This document shows, piece by piece, positions 1-11,418 of a DNA stretch of 64,000 nucleotides. A program made the translations under genes and the position numbers. This DNA is from Chara braunii (Eukaryota > Plantae > Charophyceae), in NCBI GenBank assembly GCA_003427395.1, contig BFEA01000003.1:4714266-4778265 (forward strand), in the 5' to 3' direction. Positions within the stretch are counted from its first letter, which is position 1. Every line of letters starts with the position of its first letter. The notes under the pieces are model-generated. The model saw only the letters and a program-made list of their open reading frames with translations, was not told the DNA's origin and ran no database searches.

Positions 1-1924
1 AAAGTTTGGTGATTGGTTGTGAATTGGATTGAGATGGGCAAATCACACAACTGTCGTGAGAGGGAACTACCACACAAACTCTTTGTTTGATTGCGATTGG
101 TCTTTTTCTATCCTGATTCTTTAATAGTCAAAGTAGGCGTACGCTCGGATAACCCTCACAAGGATATGCGACTGCACGTTTATGGCTCTCTTTTACTCAC
201 TGATTTTATATGGTCGAACGTAAGTCCCAAGTCCTAGGTCCGGGGCTGAAGGGATTACCCTTCACACAGTTCTGACCTACTTACATCCTTAGGGAAACAA
301 AAGCGCCGCGAGAAGGAGGGACTGACCCCCAGCAACTCGGTCCAGCAGGACATTCATGTCTTCTCCGGCTAGCGACAAACGCCCCTATTCTCTTTCCTTG
401 TTTAGTTTGCTTTTGGTGGAACGATAAAGTTCCGGGCGGAAGGATTAGTGTGTCGCTGGTGATGCGCCAGACAACTCACCACCGCTCCGAATCCCTTCCT
501 GCCCTAGGGACCATCTTACCTCGCACCCCTTGGGACACCTCAGGGTGNTGAAGACGGTAAGGCCCCCAGGCCGGTTTTTGCGCTCACTAAAGGTTTACCC
601 CCTTTAGCGTGCGCTTCAGCCGACGCCTGAGCATTGAAAGCGACCCCATGGCTTAAACGAGGCCACTCGGGTATGGGCACTACATGGTGCGCCGACATCA
701 CGATCGCTTACGCAAATCCGCATTGTTGGTTGATGGGTCAAGCGAAAAAGGCAAAGGCGCGTTATGGCTAGTAGACCCGAGTTTTAATAGCGCGAAACGG
801 CGCGTGGGCGAGATATCAATCCCAGTCGACGTATGGGGGCTCGCGTACGAGCCTCCAACGCCTCGAACAACGGGTTGCCTATGAGTCCAGCTTTGGGCAC
901 CATCCGCACGCATCTCACGGGTTGGCCTACACCTTCCGCTGGAGACTGTTATCAGACTATGAGCTAGACAGAGAGATGAAATAGGGTGATCCCCCCTTTT
1001 TTCTATCTGTAGTTGTTTCCTCTTTTAAGTTTTCTTGGTTGGACGTTGTAGTCCGTGGTAGCCGTCAAAGTCAAACCCCTTGATTTTGGCTACCACGACA
1101 GCTCTCGAGCTGTCTACTCAACCCCTCTGCACAGGGTGCAGAAGAGGGTGTGGTCTTCAACCGCACATGGCGGTTGTCTGGCGTCAAGAGTTAACCCCTC
1201 AAAGCGCCTGTCAGCCGACACTTGAGCGTCGAACGCGACCCTCGAGATTATCAAGGGCCACAAGGCTACGAGTACCACATAGTACCCCATCAGCGCAAAT
1301 GCTTGCGAATGTCCACATGGCTGGTCGATATGAGGGGGTCATGAGCACGCACGACTCTTATACAAAAGTTCAGCGCGCGATGCCTACCTGATTCTCGCAG
1401 CATGAAGTTATGGGTCCGATACTGAAGGGACTAGGAGTGTTGTGATGTTGTGTTTGTTTTGTGTTTTTCCATGTGTTATGTGTGGATAGATGTGAGTGTT
1501 GTGGTGTAACGCGTGGTGTGTGTGATGCATCCTAGTCGACCGGCGCCGAGTCGCGTTTGGGACCTCAGCCCCCAGTACGTTGATTCGCGTGCGGGTTCGA
1601 TTTTCAGGCGTTCAACCGCGCGTAACCCCCTATGCTACAGCGAGCGAGAAACGCCCTTGGCTGGGTCACCACTGCAGTTGCATACGAAAAAGTTTCGCAT
1701 GTGGTTCAGTAGCTCGGCGGGGATACGCCCACCTAAGGGATGGCGACAGCTCCCGCAGGTGGAGGTAAGCGGTGCCTCGCATGACCCTGTCCTATCGTAG
1801 GGGCTCGCGAGAGGTACAGCTGGCGCACTCGGCCGGAGCGGCTAAAACACTCTGCGACAAAGTCCTGCAAAATCTTGCGTGACACGGCCGGGAGGGTCCC
1901 CGTGCGGGACCGATGCGCTCGACA
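1..1924 (+). repeat. 5' LTR of element A (3' portion only)
   Basis: Near-identical to 20390-22566 apart from scattered substitutions, a 79-bp indel and an N gap. Ends in CA, followed by GG and the PBS. Confidence 0.95.
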
Positions 1925-1926
1925 GG

Positions 1927-1944
1927 TGGCGCCGTTGCCGGGGA
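1927..1944 (+). promoter_or_regulatory. Primer-binding site complementary to the tRNA-Asp 3' end
   Basis: TGGCGCCGTTGCCGGGGA, 2 nt after the LTR end. This is the Asp-type PBS known from Athila-like elements. Confidence 0.85.
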
Positions 1945-2292
1945 TCTCGGCTGCCTACCGGGGTCCACAGTGAATGAGCCCAGGTTAAGAGCGGGCAGAT
2001 GATCCAGGCAAAACGACAACCTTTGATGAAGAAGTTTGACGATGATATGAGTATTGTGCTATCTTCGATGGCCTATTAAAGTTTATTTTTGATTGCGAGT
2101 AAGGTTGAGAGTGTGCCTTGTGTGTATTCATTTCAAATAATAGAGTTGGAATTACGATATAAAGACCGGATAGACTACCTTAGTTATTAAGAGTATGTCC
2201 GATTGAATAATGAAACTAGAGAGTTTAGAGGTTTGACGGAAGGTTGTTTGTCGAAATCGTTTTTTTTCGCAACAGGTTGAGAAAGGACAAAG

Positions 2293-5200
2293 ATGCCGGA
2301 CTCCGATGGAATCGAGCGGGGCCCGGGTGCTACACCTTAGGACTTCGTCAAGGCATTGGAAAAAAGAGAGATGGCACGGCTTCAGGTGCCCAAGGTTAAC
2401 ATTTTGCACTTCAACGGGGATAGAGTGTCCGAGTGGCTTGAGTTGTTGGAGCAGGTCACTAGCGAGGCGTCAGAAGCAGACAAATTCAAGCTGATGCCTA
2501 GGTACGTATGGTGGGAGCTTAGACTTGAGGTAGTTTCAAGTAGCGGCCGACGCAAATGGTGAGTGGGCAAGGTTTAAAGAGGAGATGCAGTGGCGTTTCA
2601 AGTTAGGGGACGGCCTGCTCACAAAAGAAGACCTGGAAATGTTGAGACGGGATGAGTTCTCCACGGTAGGGGCCTTTGCCACAGCATTTGAGAAGATGGC
2701 AAAGAAAGTCCCAGGGCTGGTAGAAGAAGAACAGTGTGCCACTTTCCTGGGGCACTTTAAGAATTGGGAAGCCTCGTCGCTAACCAAGAAAGCTGCGTCA
2801 GGAAAGAAACTGACTTGGGGTGCCATAAAAGAAGGCGTGCTAGAGGAAAGGTTGGACCAGGTAGACATCTTCCAGATGAAACAGGCTAGGAAGAAAAGGA
2901 AGACTTTGGATACTATCGCTAGTGATCGGCGCAACTTCAAGCTAATGATAGAAGAGGCTGTGGCCCAGCACCATGCAGAGAAGGAGGCAAGAAAGAAGGC
3001 TATGGCGGCGCCATAAGCCCAAGGGAAAGGAAAGAAGGTGGTAGTGTTAGAGGAGGAGGAGAAAGAAGAAGAAGAGCCTGAACCACAAAAGTCGACAAAG
3101 GCTCAAAGGAAGGCAAGGAACACGACTCAAGGGGGGCAAGGCTCAGGAAAAGGTCAAGCCCCGCAGGCTGTAGCGGCGCCACCCCCTGAATCGTCTAATC
3201 AAGCCGCACCAGCACCCTATGGGTCATGGCCAGGTTGTGGACCTCCCAGTCATTGGCATGGGCACTGTTCATGTGCACCATGGCCAACGGGTGGGCCACA
3301 TGGATCATGTGCCGGAGCGCCGGTGAGTACGGCTTCCTGTGGATGGCCGGGACCCCAGTCTCAACAGGTGAGTCACTCGAACCCACNGCCAAACCAACCT
3401 CAGCAGTTGGCCCCACAAGGATCACAAGGGAATCAAGGCGGTGGACGAGGACAGAATCAAGGATGGGGCCGAGGGCGAGGAAATGGTGGCCGCGGGGGAT
3501 ATGGGAGAGGAAACGCGAACAGTAACTCCCAGAGAGGAGGAAATGACGGGTGGAACGGTGCAGGAAATCAGAGTGACCAGCAAGGTGGTGAAGGATATGG
3601 AAGAGGAAGGGTAGATTGGAGAAATGCCATCTGCTGGCATTGTGGCCAGAAGGGCCACACAATTAAGTTTTGTCAGGTCCGAAAGAGTGATGAAAAGGAT
3701 GGCCTGATGAGCTCAAGCTATGATGGTGATTTTTTCGACATGTACGGTGAGTGCATAGACCCGAGAATCCCAGGGGGGATACGGGAAGAAGCTCTGCGCC
3801 GTGCTAGTGCCCCAGCTCCACCAGCTCCTCCGGCCGCTTTCCGTATTTGGCAGGAAGTAGAAGACCGTCAGGGTGTGAGGATAGAGGAGATAAGCGAGAA
3901 TGAAGAGGTTGAGCAGAGATTGAGGGCCGACACAAAAAAGGAGGAGCCTATAGTGGTTGAATCCGACGACGACGAGCAAGATGGTGGCCACGGCAGGGCA
4001 AGAGACACGATGGAGAGAATGGAGGACCTACTGGCAAAAATCGGGAGGTACCAGGATAAGTTGACCACTCTTTGTGAGGAGGTCAACAGGTGGAAAGGAG
4101 AGTTACCATTGGTGTACCTCATCGATTCAGGCCCAGGGGCACAAGGCGGATGTGGAAATCTGCCCGGAGTGACTGTCACGGCGCCAACTCCCAGGTCTGG
4201 GATGACCTTCAGGCCGCCGTCAAGAGCCGGAAGGGCGGCTTTGGCAGCACGTACTAGATCGAAGGGAGCGCCCGACTCAAGCCATCCCACTCAGGACAGC
4301 CCGGGTCCCAGTGGAGAGAAAGAGATGGTAGAGATTCCAGAGGATGACGAGGACGAGGATGAAAAGTTGAGGAAGGAAGAGGACAAGAAGGCTGAAGAGA
4401 GAGCCAAAAAGAGGGGCGCCAAAACGAGCGCTGATAAAGAGCAGGAGGGAAAGAAGAGAAAGTATAAGGTCAGAATGGAGGAGGGGTTTGATGTGGAAGG
4501 AATGGTCGATCGACTCCTTGAGGGTCATAACGACCTAATGAACTTAAAGGATATCCTCGCTTCCGCTCCAAAATTGAGGGACGAGTTGAAGGCTCGATTG
4601 TCCAGAAGGTTAGTAGCAAGTGTGCGCTTGGGAACCATTATCCCCAAGGAAGCGGAATGGGCAGAGACAGGCACGAAGATGGATTGGAAGTCCGTCGCTT
4701 GTGGATGCTTGGACGTAGTAGTAAAAGGAAAAACGTGCACGACAATGGTGGATACTGGAGAGGAAATTAACCTCATAAAAGAGGAGCATGCTTTACGCCT
4801 GGGGATGGAGATTGATCGCTCCGATAATGGAGTTTTAATGGGAGCGAATAGTCGGTCTGTGTTCATAGGGACCGCATCGAGAATGGTTTTGGAGTTTGGC
4901 AAGGTTAAAGTGAGAAGTTGTTTCTTTGTGATGCCCGATCTCGACCATCCCATCCTATTGGGCCGATCCTTTTTTAGCCGAACGGAGACCGTCATACTGA
5001 ATAAGCATGATGGGACAATGTTCCTCGTCTTATGTGACCCGGTATGTGGCAACTATGAGGTTATCACATGCAAAAATACGGGGCCACAAAGTATAAGGAA
5101 TAGGCCCAATCCTGGCTCTTTCACGATTGAGGAATCGGGAGAAGAAAGGAAGAGGCTAGGAGGGGATGAGTTTGAAGAAGAAAGGAATCCGGAAGCACTG

Positions 5201-5446
5201 ACTCTTAGCCTGACCAATATAGGCGATGCTATGAAGATAGTGTCAACCTATGGGATGGCGGACATGGAGGCCGTAGAGGCCTTGAGAGAAAAGGTGATGG
5301 AACAGATGGGTGAAGGAGAGGTGGAGCTGGTATATTGGACGTCCGGAAAGAGAGGAGGATCGGCTGGAGTCCAACCCCTGTGTGCAATTCGGCCTTTTTT
5401 AGGGGTGGGATCAAGCAAGGGTCACAAAGGCGGTACAAAAGAGTAG
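2293..5446 (+). pseudogene. gag: gag-aspartic protease ORF of element A, disrupted
   Basis: ATG 2293 (MPDSDG...), capsid-like FNGDRVSEWL, zinc knuckle CWHCGQKGHTIKFC, protease MVDTGEEINLI...ILLGRSF. Stops near 2340 and 3014, frameshift near 2540. Confidence 0.9.
5395..5401 (+). promoter_or_regulatory. Putative -1 ribosomal frameshift heptamer T TTT TTA
   Basis: In phase with the gag-PR frame (CCT TTT TTA). The -1 frame continues RGGIKQGSQRRYKRVDKKCRPVP into the RT frame. Confidence 0.7.
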
Positions 5447-8400
5447 ATAAAAAATGTCGCCCTGTTCCTGTGCTCGTGACTGAGGAACAAGAAGTTTATT
5501 ACGAGCGGGAATGAGAGTTGATACGGCAGATGCGAGAGGACGCACAGAATGNGCCATGTCGTATCACTCCTGAGACAGAAAAAACGNTGATTATAGGGGA
5601 GTCCGGCTTCCTTACGGCGCAAGAGGAGAAGCTTATGGTGGAAACCATAAGAGGAAGGCATACTGCATATGCCTTCAATGATGACGAACGGGGCCGTCTG
5701 GATGTGGATAGGATCCCGATGATTAGGATACATATCGTTCCCCATGAGTCATGGAACTTGCGGGGTGCGCGCTATCCTAATCATGCTGATGAAGAAAAGG
5801 TAGTTACCTACCTTGATGGAAACATTCGTACGCACGTATCAGACTACTCGAGTGGGCCATATGCATCCCCTTGGTTTTGTTTCGTCAAACCAAACGGGAC
5901 CTTGAGGTGGGTACAGGATTTGCAGCGCCTGAATGCTGTAACTGTGAGAGATGCAGGTGGTCTCCCTAACGCAGATGCGCTTTCAGAGGCATGCGCTGGG
6001 AGAGTCATCATATCTCTCATAGACTTATATTCTGGTTACGACTGGTTTCCTGTTTACCCCTCTGACAGGCCGATGATGGCAATGCATACCCCTCGAGGGT
6101 TAATTCATATGAACGTCGCACCGCAGGGGTGGATAAATGCAGTCGCCATGGTCCAGAGGCACATGGTGAGGGCAATGTAGCCAGTAAGCCCTCACATTAC
6201 TCAACCTTACATTGATGATTTGGCCGTAAAAGGGTCTAAAGAGAAGAACGAGCAGGAGGTATTGCCAGGGATTAGACGCTTTGTCTGGAACCATGTGCAA
6301 AACTTGTGCAGGGTCCTAGACTTGTTAAAGAAGCATAACCTTACTGCAAGTGGGTCTAAATCGAGGCACTGCATGAGCGGGGCCACCATCTTGGGGTTTG
6401 TGTGCGACGAGAGGGGTCGTCGACCAGACACTAAGAAAACCAATAAGATTCTCGAATGACCAACCCCATTCGAGACTATTACGGAGGTGAGAAGTTTCCT
6501 CGGGACATGTGGGTTCTGGAGGATCTTCATAAAAGGGTTTGCGGCAAAGACGGAGCAACTTCGAAAACTCGTGCGCCAAGGACAAGACTGGGAATGGGGA
6601 GATAAGCAGGAGTTGGTAATAAAGGGCCTAAAGAAGGAATCCGAAGAAGGGGGTCTAGTACTGGGAGTACCGGACCACTCGGCGGTAATGACCAGACCTT
6701 TTATTGTAGAGACTGATGCAGGGCCAACTGCGCTAGGAGGTGTGTTGATTCAGCAAGATCTTAACGGAGAGGAGCGGCCACTAAGGTTTGAAAGTCGCAC
6801 GCTTAACACAACTGAGAGAAATTACTGTCAGTTTAAGTGCGAAACCTTGACGGTTCTCCGTTGCTTAAGAATCTTTAGGAACTGCCTCTTAGGCAGTAGG
6901 TTCGTGTTGAGGGTGGACCCAACTGCTCTAGCCGGTTCTCTCAAGAATTTCGCTCCATCAGACCCGACTATCGCCAGGTGGTTAACATACATCTGGTTGT
7001 TCGATTTTGAATTAGAGCGAATTCCAGGAAATAAGAATAGAGCAGACGGATTGAGTCGAGTTGACTGGGATAAAAATAATCAAGGAGTGATCGAGGATAC
7101 TCGCCAGTCGATGGGTTTCTGGACACTGAGGAGGATGTGAGACTTCACATCAACTCCTGGTCGATGGTCGTGGGTAACTACGTTACTCCTGGGCAACCTG
7201 TGTGGCTCTCGCCTCCAAGACATGTACGACGGCCAGACCTAGTCTTTAAGCCTTTCATCGAAGAGGACTCGTGAGGGATGTCAAACGTGCAATGGATGAT
7301 GGATCTGGCCTTAGCAGACAAATACCAGTTGCACGAAGACCTACTCACAATGGAAAATGGGGCGCAACAGGTAGAAAGACACGAGAGGTCGATAGGTGGG
7401 ATATACCTCTTGGCAAATGCTCTGCTTCAAGACGAGGTGGCAAGGATTGGGGATCAGCGGCAAGGTGAGAATGAGAATGTAGTTCACGAAGGAGAGGACG
7501 ACGATTTTGAAGAAGGAGAGATAAAAGAGGTTTTTCGCATGGAGGAGTATGACGGCATATATCTGGAATTATGAATGCTCCTTTCGTGCGAAATGAGAGA
7601 AACAGATGCGTGCGAGAAAGTCCTCAAGATGCGACCAAACTTCTTGGTAAGGGATGACCATTTATTTATGAGGAGTAAAGGGAAGACTCCAAGAAGGGTA
7701 GTCTGTGGCATCGCTCGTCAGATCGACGTCATAGCTGCTCTACATGATGGTAAGGCAGGTGGCCATAGGAGTAAGGATACAACTTTCCTCGAAATACACG
7801 AGCTATACTATTGCGATGGCATGGGACGAATGATCAACGATTATTGCAAGTCATGTGTTCCATGCTAGGAGCAGTCTTCCATTAGACCTAGGGAGCCACT
7901 TCACCCAAGGTACGTACGCGAGGTTGGGGCGGTCGTGCATTTGGACTTATTGGCAATGCCGCTGGGAGTAGGTGGGTATAACTTTATCTTCGATGCACGA
8001 GACAACCTCTCCGGTTTTGTAGATGGCAGAGCCATACGCACAAAAACTGGTGAGACCTTGACTCGATGCATTGAGGAGTATTACCTCCGCTATCCTTTTG
8101 TCTCCAGATTCGTNATGGACAGAGGGTCCGAATTCACTTGTGCTGAGGTGAAAGAACTGCTGAGAGGGTATGGAGTGATCGCAGAGTATACTACTGCGGG
8201 GCACCCTCAAGCTAATGCACATGTGGAGAGAGGTCATAGTACGATTACGAATCTCCTCGCTAAGTGGACGAATGGTAGGCCAAATCAGTGGCCTAACTTC
8301 CTACGGGTTGCCTTCTTCGTGGATAACATCACTGTCAGAAGAAGCACCAACTACGCGCCAGCAACGTTGTGGTATGGCAGACATGCGACCTTCCCTATCG

Positions 8401-8819
8401 AAAGCTTCCTAAAGACTTGGAGGCGGCAGGACCTCGAGACAAACTTGTCCTTTNAGGAACTGCTAGAACTAAGGGNTCGTCAGATTAATGCCATAGAGGA
8501 CAGAATTGAAAGTGCGGCGAGTNAGGTGGCTGACANCCGANAGAGGGATAAGTTCAGATGGGATAAGATGGCAAGGGTAAGGAAGGAGCCTCTCAAGGTG
8601 GGCGACGTTGTGTTGCTATATGATTCATCCTTAGAGAAGCAGTGGTCGCGAAAGTTAGACAAGAGGTGGTTAGGACCATACAGGGTCGCAAGGAGTGGAG
8701 AGCATGGGACATACCAGATTGAAGAGCTGAATGGGACTGCCTGGAAAGATTGGGTGTCAGGCTCGAGGTTAAAGAAGTTTGTCGCTCGAGACGAGGTGAG
8801 CGTGGGTCCCACAATTTAG
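5401..8819 (+). pseudogene. pol: pol (RT, RNase H, integrase) of element A, disrupted
   Basis: RT motifs PYASPWFCFVK, DLYSGY and YIDD (about 6208). RNase H VETDAG...RFESR...NRADGLSR. Integrase HHCC, HLDL, DRGSEF, VERGH, WLGPY. No chromodomain seen. Several stops. Confidence 0.95.
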
Positions 8820-9086
8820 AGTCCTTTTCTGTTAAGTATTACTAGATAAAGATATATATATAAATATGAGAAAATTGTGTATGTTTTTCAGTAGAATGGT
8901 GTGATAGAGTATAGTATTAAGATATATTTATATACGTGTATTTACACATGTATGTATGTGTAGTTAAGATAGATATGAGAGGGGAATGTTTGTCTCCTGT
9001 TTTGTTTGCCGAACCTGCTTACCCTCTGTATGCTTTTGTCTGTCTCTTCCTTGTTGTGCAGGTTTGACACCAATTTTTGGGCAGCC

Positions 9087-11418
9087 ATGCCAAGAGGGAG
9101 GGGAGGGGCAGGGTCAGTGGAAACCCCTCTGGGGGTTACCAGACAGGGGACGCAGATGAGGGCCAGAAGAGAGGACAGGCCACCCATTTATACAGGAGAC
9201 AACGTTGAGTTGTTCATGGTTGGGTTCAGAAGGTACGGTCATGAGTTTGGATGGGATAGTAGCAGGCTGCTGCAGGAGGTGTGAGGAGCAGGCGAGTGGG
9301 CACATCCCCTTGCCAACTTCGTCAGGGAGTCATTGACCTGGCAGGATTTTGAGAGGAAGATGGAGGGCTTGCACCCATCGCCATTAGGAAGGGATGGACA
9401 ACCCATCCGTTTCGATGCCACTAACTTGTGGGAATTCCTGAAGGGCTACGACGAGTTTGCAGACAGCATCAACAAGCCACCAAGCCAGAGGGTGAGGGAT
9501 TTTATTCTGTTTGTAAGGGAACACCTCAGGTCCTTCATCAGATCTATTGTGGAGCCTGCCACAAACTGGAGCCATTGCAAGAAATTGCTTTGGAACTACT
9601 ATACTCCAGCTCGTCAGGCAGAGGAGAGGAGGAGTGTGCATAGAAAGAGGAAGGAGCCAGAAACTGCAGAGAAGAGAACCTCTGAGCAGGGCATGACCTC
9701 AGGAGCTCAGAGGGATGGCCAGAGGAGAGAGCACAGGTTCCGGAGGCAGGAGAGAGAGGAGGACCAGCATATTGGCAAGACTCAACAGAAAGAGGAGCAG
9801 ACTGCAGAGAGGACCCAGAGGGGAGGGCCCTCAGGTGGATCAGATATACCTCCTCACCTTGCTCACGTACCTGAGACCACTCCTAGGCCAGGCATGCAGC
9901 CAGAGACGTCTCATAGGGCACAGGGTCAGGGAAAGGATGAGGATCAGGCTGCAAGAGAGAAGGAACAGGACAAGGAAGAAAGAGCGGCAATAGAGAGAGA
10001 AATCAGAGTCCAAATCAAACTCAAGAACATTGCGGAGCTGCACGAGAAGTTTAAGCAGGGAGAGCAGCCTGTGATACTAGAAGGCAGAAAGGGGAATGGC
10101 TCACCTACTCAAGACGATGAGACTCCTCTTTTCATAGAGGCTTGAGACAACTTTGATAAGTTGTTGGAGGCAACAGGGAGGCCCAGGGAGGCCCAGGGAG
10201 CAGCATCAGGAGATGGGGGTTAAGCTGGTCTCTACAGACTTGCTTAGCCTGAAGGGCCTTACGAAAGAGGGTTTTGCGGCGGCCAAGACTTCTAATGAAA
10301 AGATGGAGAAGAGGTTGACGAGGGTGGCACGGGCGTCTCATGAGCAGAGAATGGACTGGCAAAAAGAAATTGGTGATCTCAAGAAGGAGTTGGAGAGGCA
10401 GGACAAGGAGATGGAAGCCATAAAGACTGAGGTGGAGAAGGCTTGGGCAGGCAACGAGGCCATCAGACAGGTCAACCAGACCCTTAACAAGGTCAATGAC
10501 AATCTGAGGGCCTACTTGCAGATACAGCAGAACACCTTTCAAGTAAAGAAGACGAAGTGGGAAAAGAGAATCATGGACCTTAAGGCCAAGTGTGCACAGC
10601 AGGCACCTACTGCAGTGGTAGACTGAACAGAGGTCCAGAGGTTTGAGATCAGGAAGCAGCCTGCAGAAGAGGCCTTCAAGTGTCAGAAGGTGGAAGAGAG
10701 GGCAAACGACCAGAAGGATGAGGAAATCCCCCTGCTAGATAAAAAGATGTTGCAGTCTGAGGACGCCCTAGCAAAGATGAAGTCAGGAACCGGGGGGTTT
10801 GAGTGGAGGATGCCCACAGTCTTGGCACATGAGGCAAGGCCACCAGCAGAGGATGCGATGGATGAAGCTGCACTTCCCGTGACTCAGGAGGAGACTGTGG
10901 GGAGACAGGAGGTTCAGGAGAGTGTGGGACAGGCCATGGCTGAGGCTGAGGAAAGGGAGGAGCAGGAGGTATCTCAGAAGACCCCACCATCTCAGGATAT
11001 GCCTCTAGTTGCAGGTCTGGAGGATGCATTGGGATCTTGGGCCACTGGATCCGGGGCAGAGGAGCGAGTGAGTGAGCAGATGGCCCAAACAGATGACAGA
11101 GCAGCATGCCCCATTTCCCCAGAGCACCCACAGCAGGAGGTCACCAGCGAGGCCACAGCAACCCCCTCATCTGTACCCTCCCATGCAGCTGACAAGATGG
11201 AGCAGAAAAGGTTTGGAAGATGCTTCTACTGCAAGAGAGGCAAGCACCCACAGGAGACCTGTCCCAAAAGCCTCAAGGATGAGGCTGATGGTTTGTTTTC
11301 ATGGGACCCATCTGGCGTACGCAGGGACAGAGATGGGAACCTGATCCTGAAGACTCGTGATGGGATACGAGCGCAGTTGTATAGGCAACTGCAGGAGGAC
11401 ATGAGTGATCAGGAGTAG
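9087..11418 (+). pseudogene. Second Gag-like ORF downstream of integrase (two capsid-like segments, coiled coil, CCHC zinc knuckle)
   Basis: ATG 9087 follows a pyrimidine-rich ...TGCAG acceptor (9061). Motifs PPIYTGDNVELF, FDATNLWEFL...WSHCKKLL and CFYCKRGKHPQETC. Stops at 9282, 10143 and 10624; frameshift from a 10-bp duplication near 10175-10195. Confidence 0.7.

Noticed and set aside
8791-9066. Splicing that fuses integrase to the second Gag-like ORF (GAG/GTGAGC donor to the 9061 acceptor)
   Set aside because: The joined frame reads GAG GTT TGA, an immediate stop.
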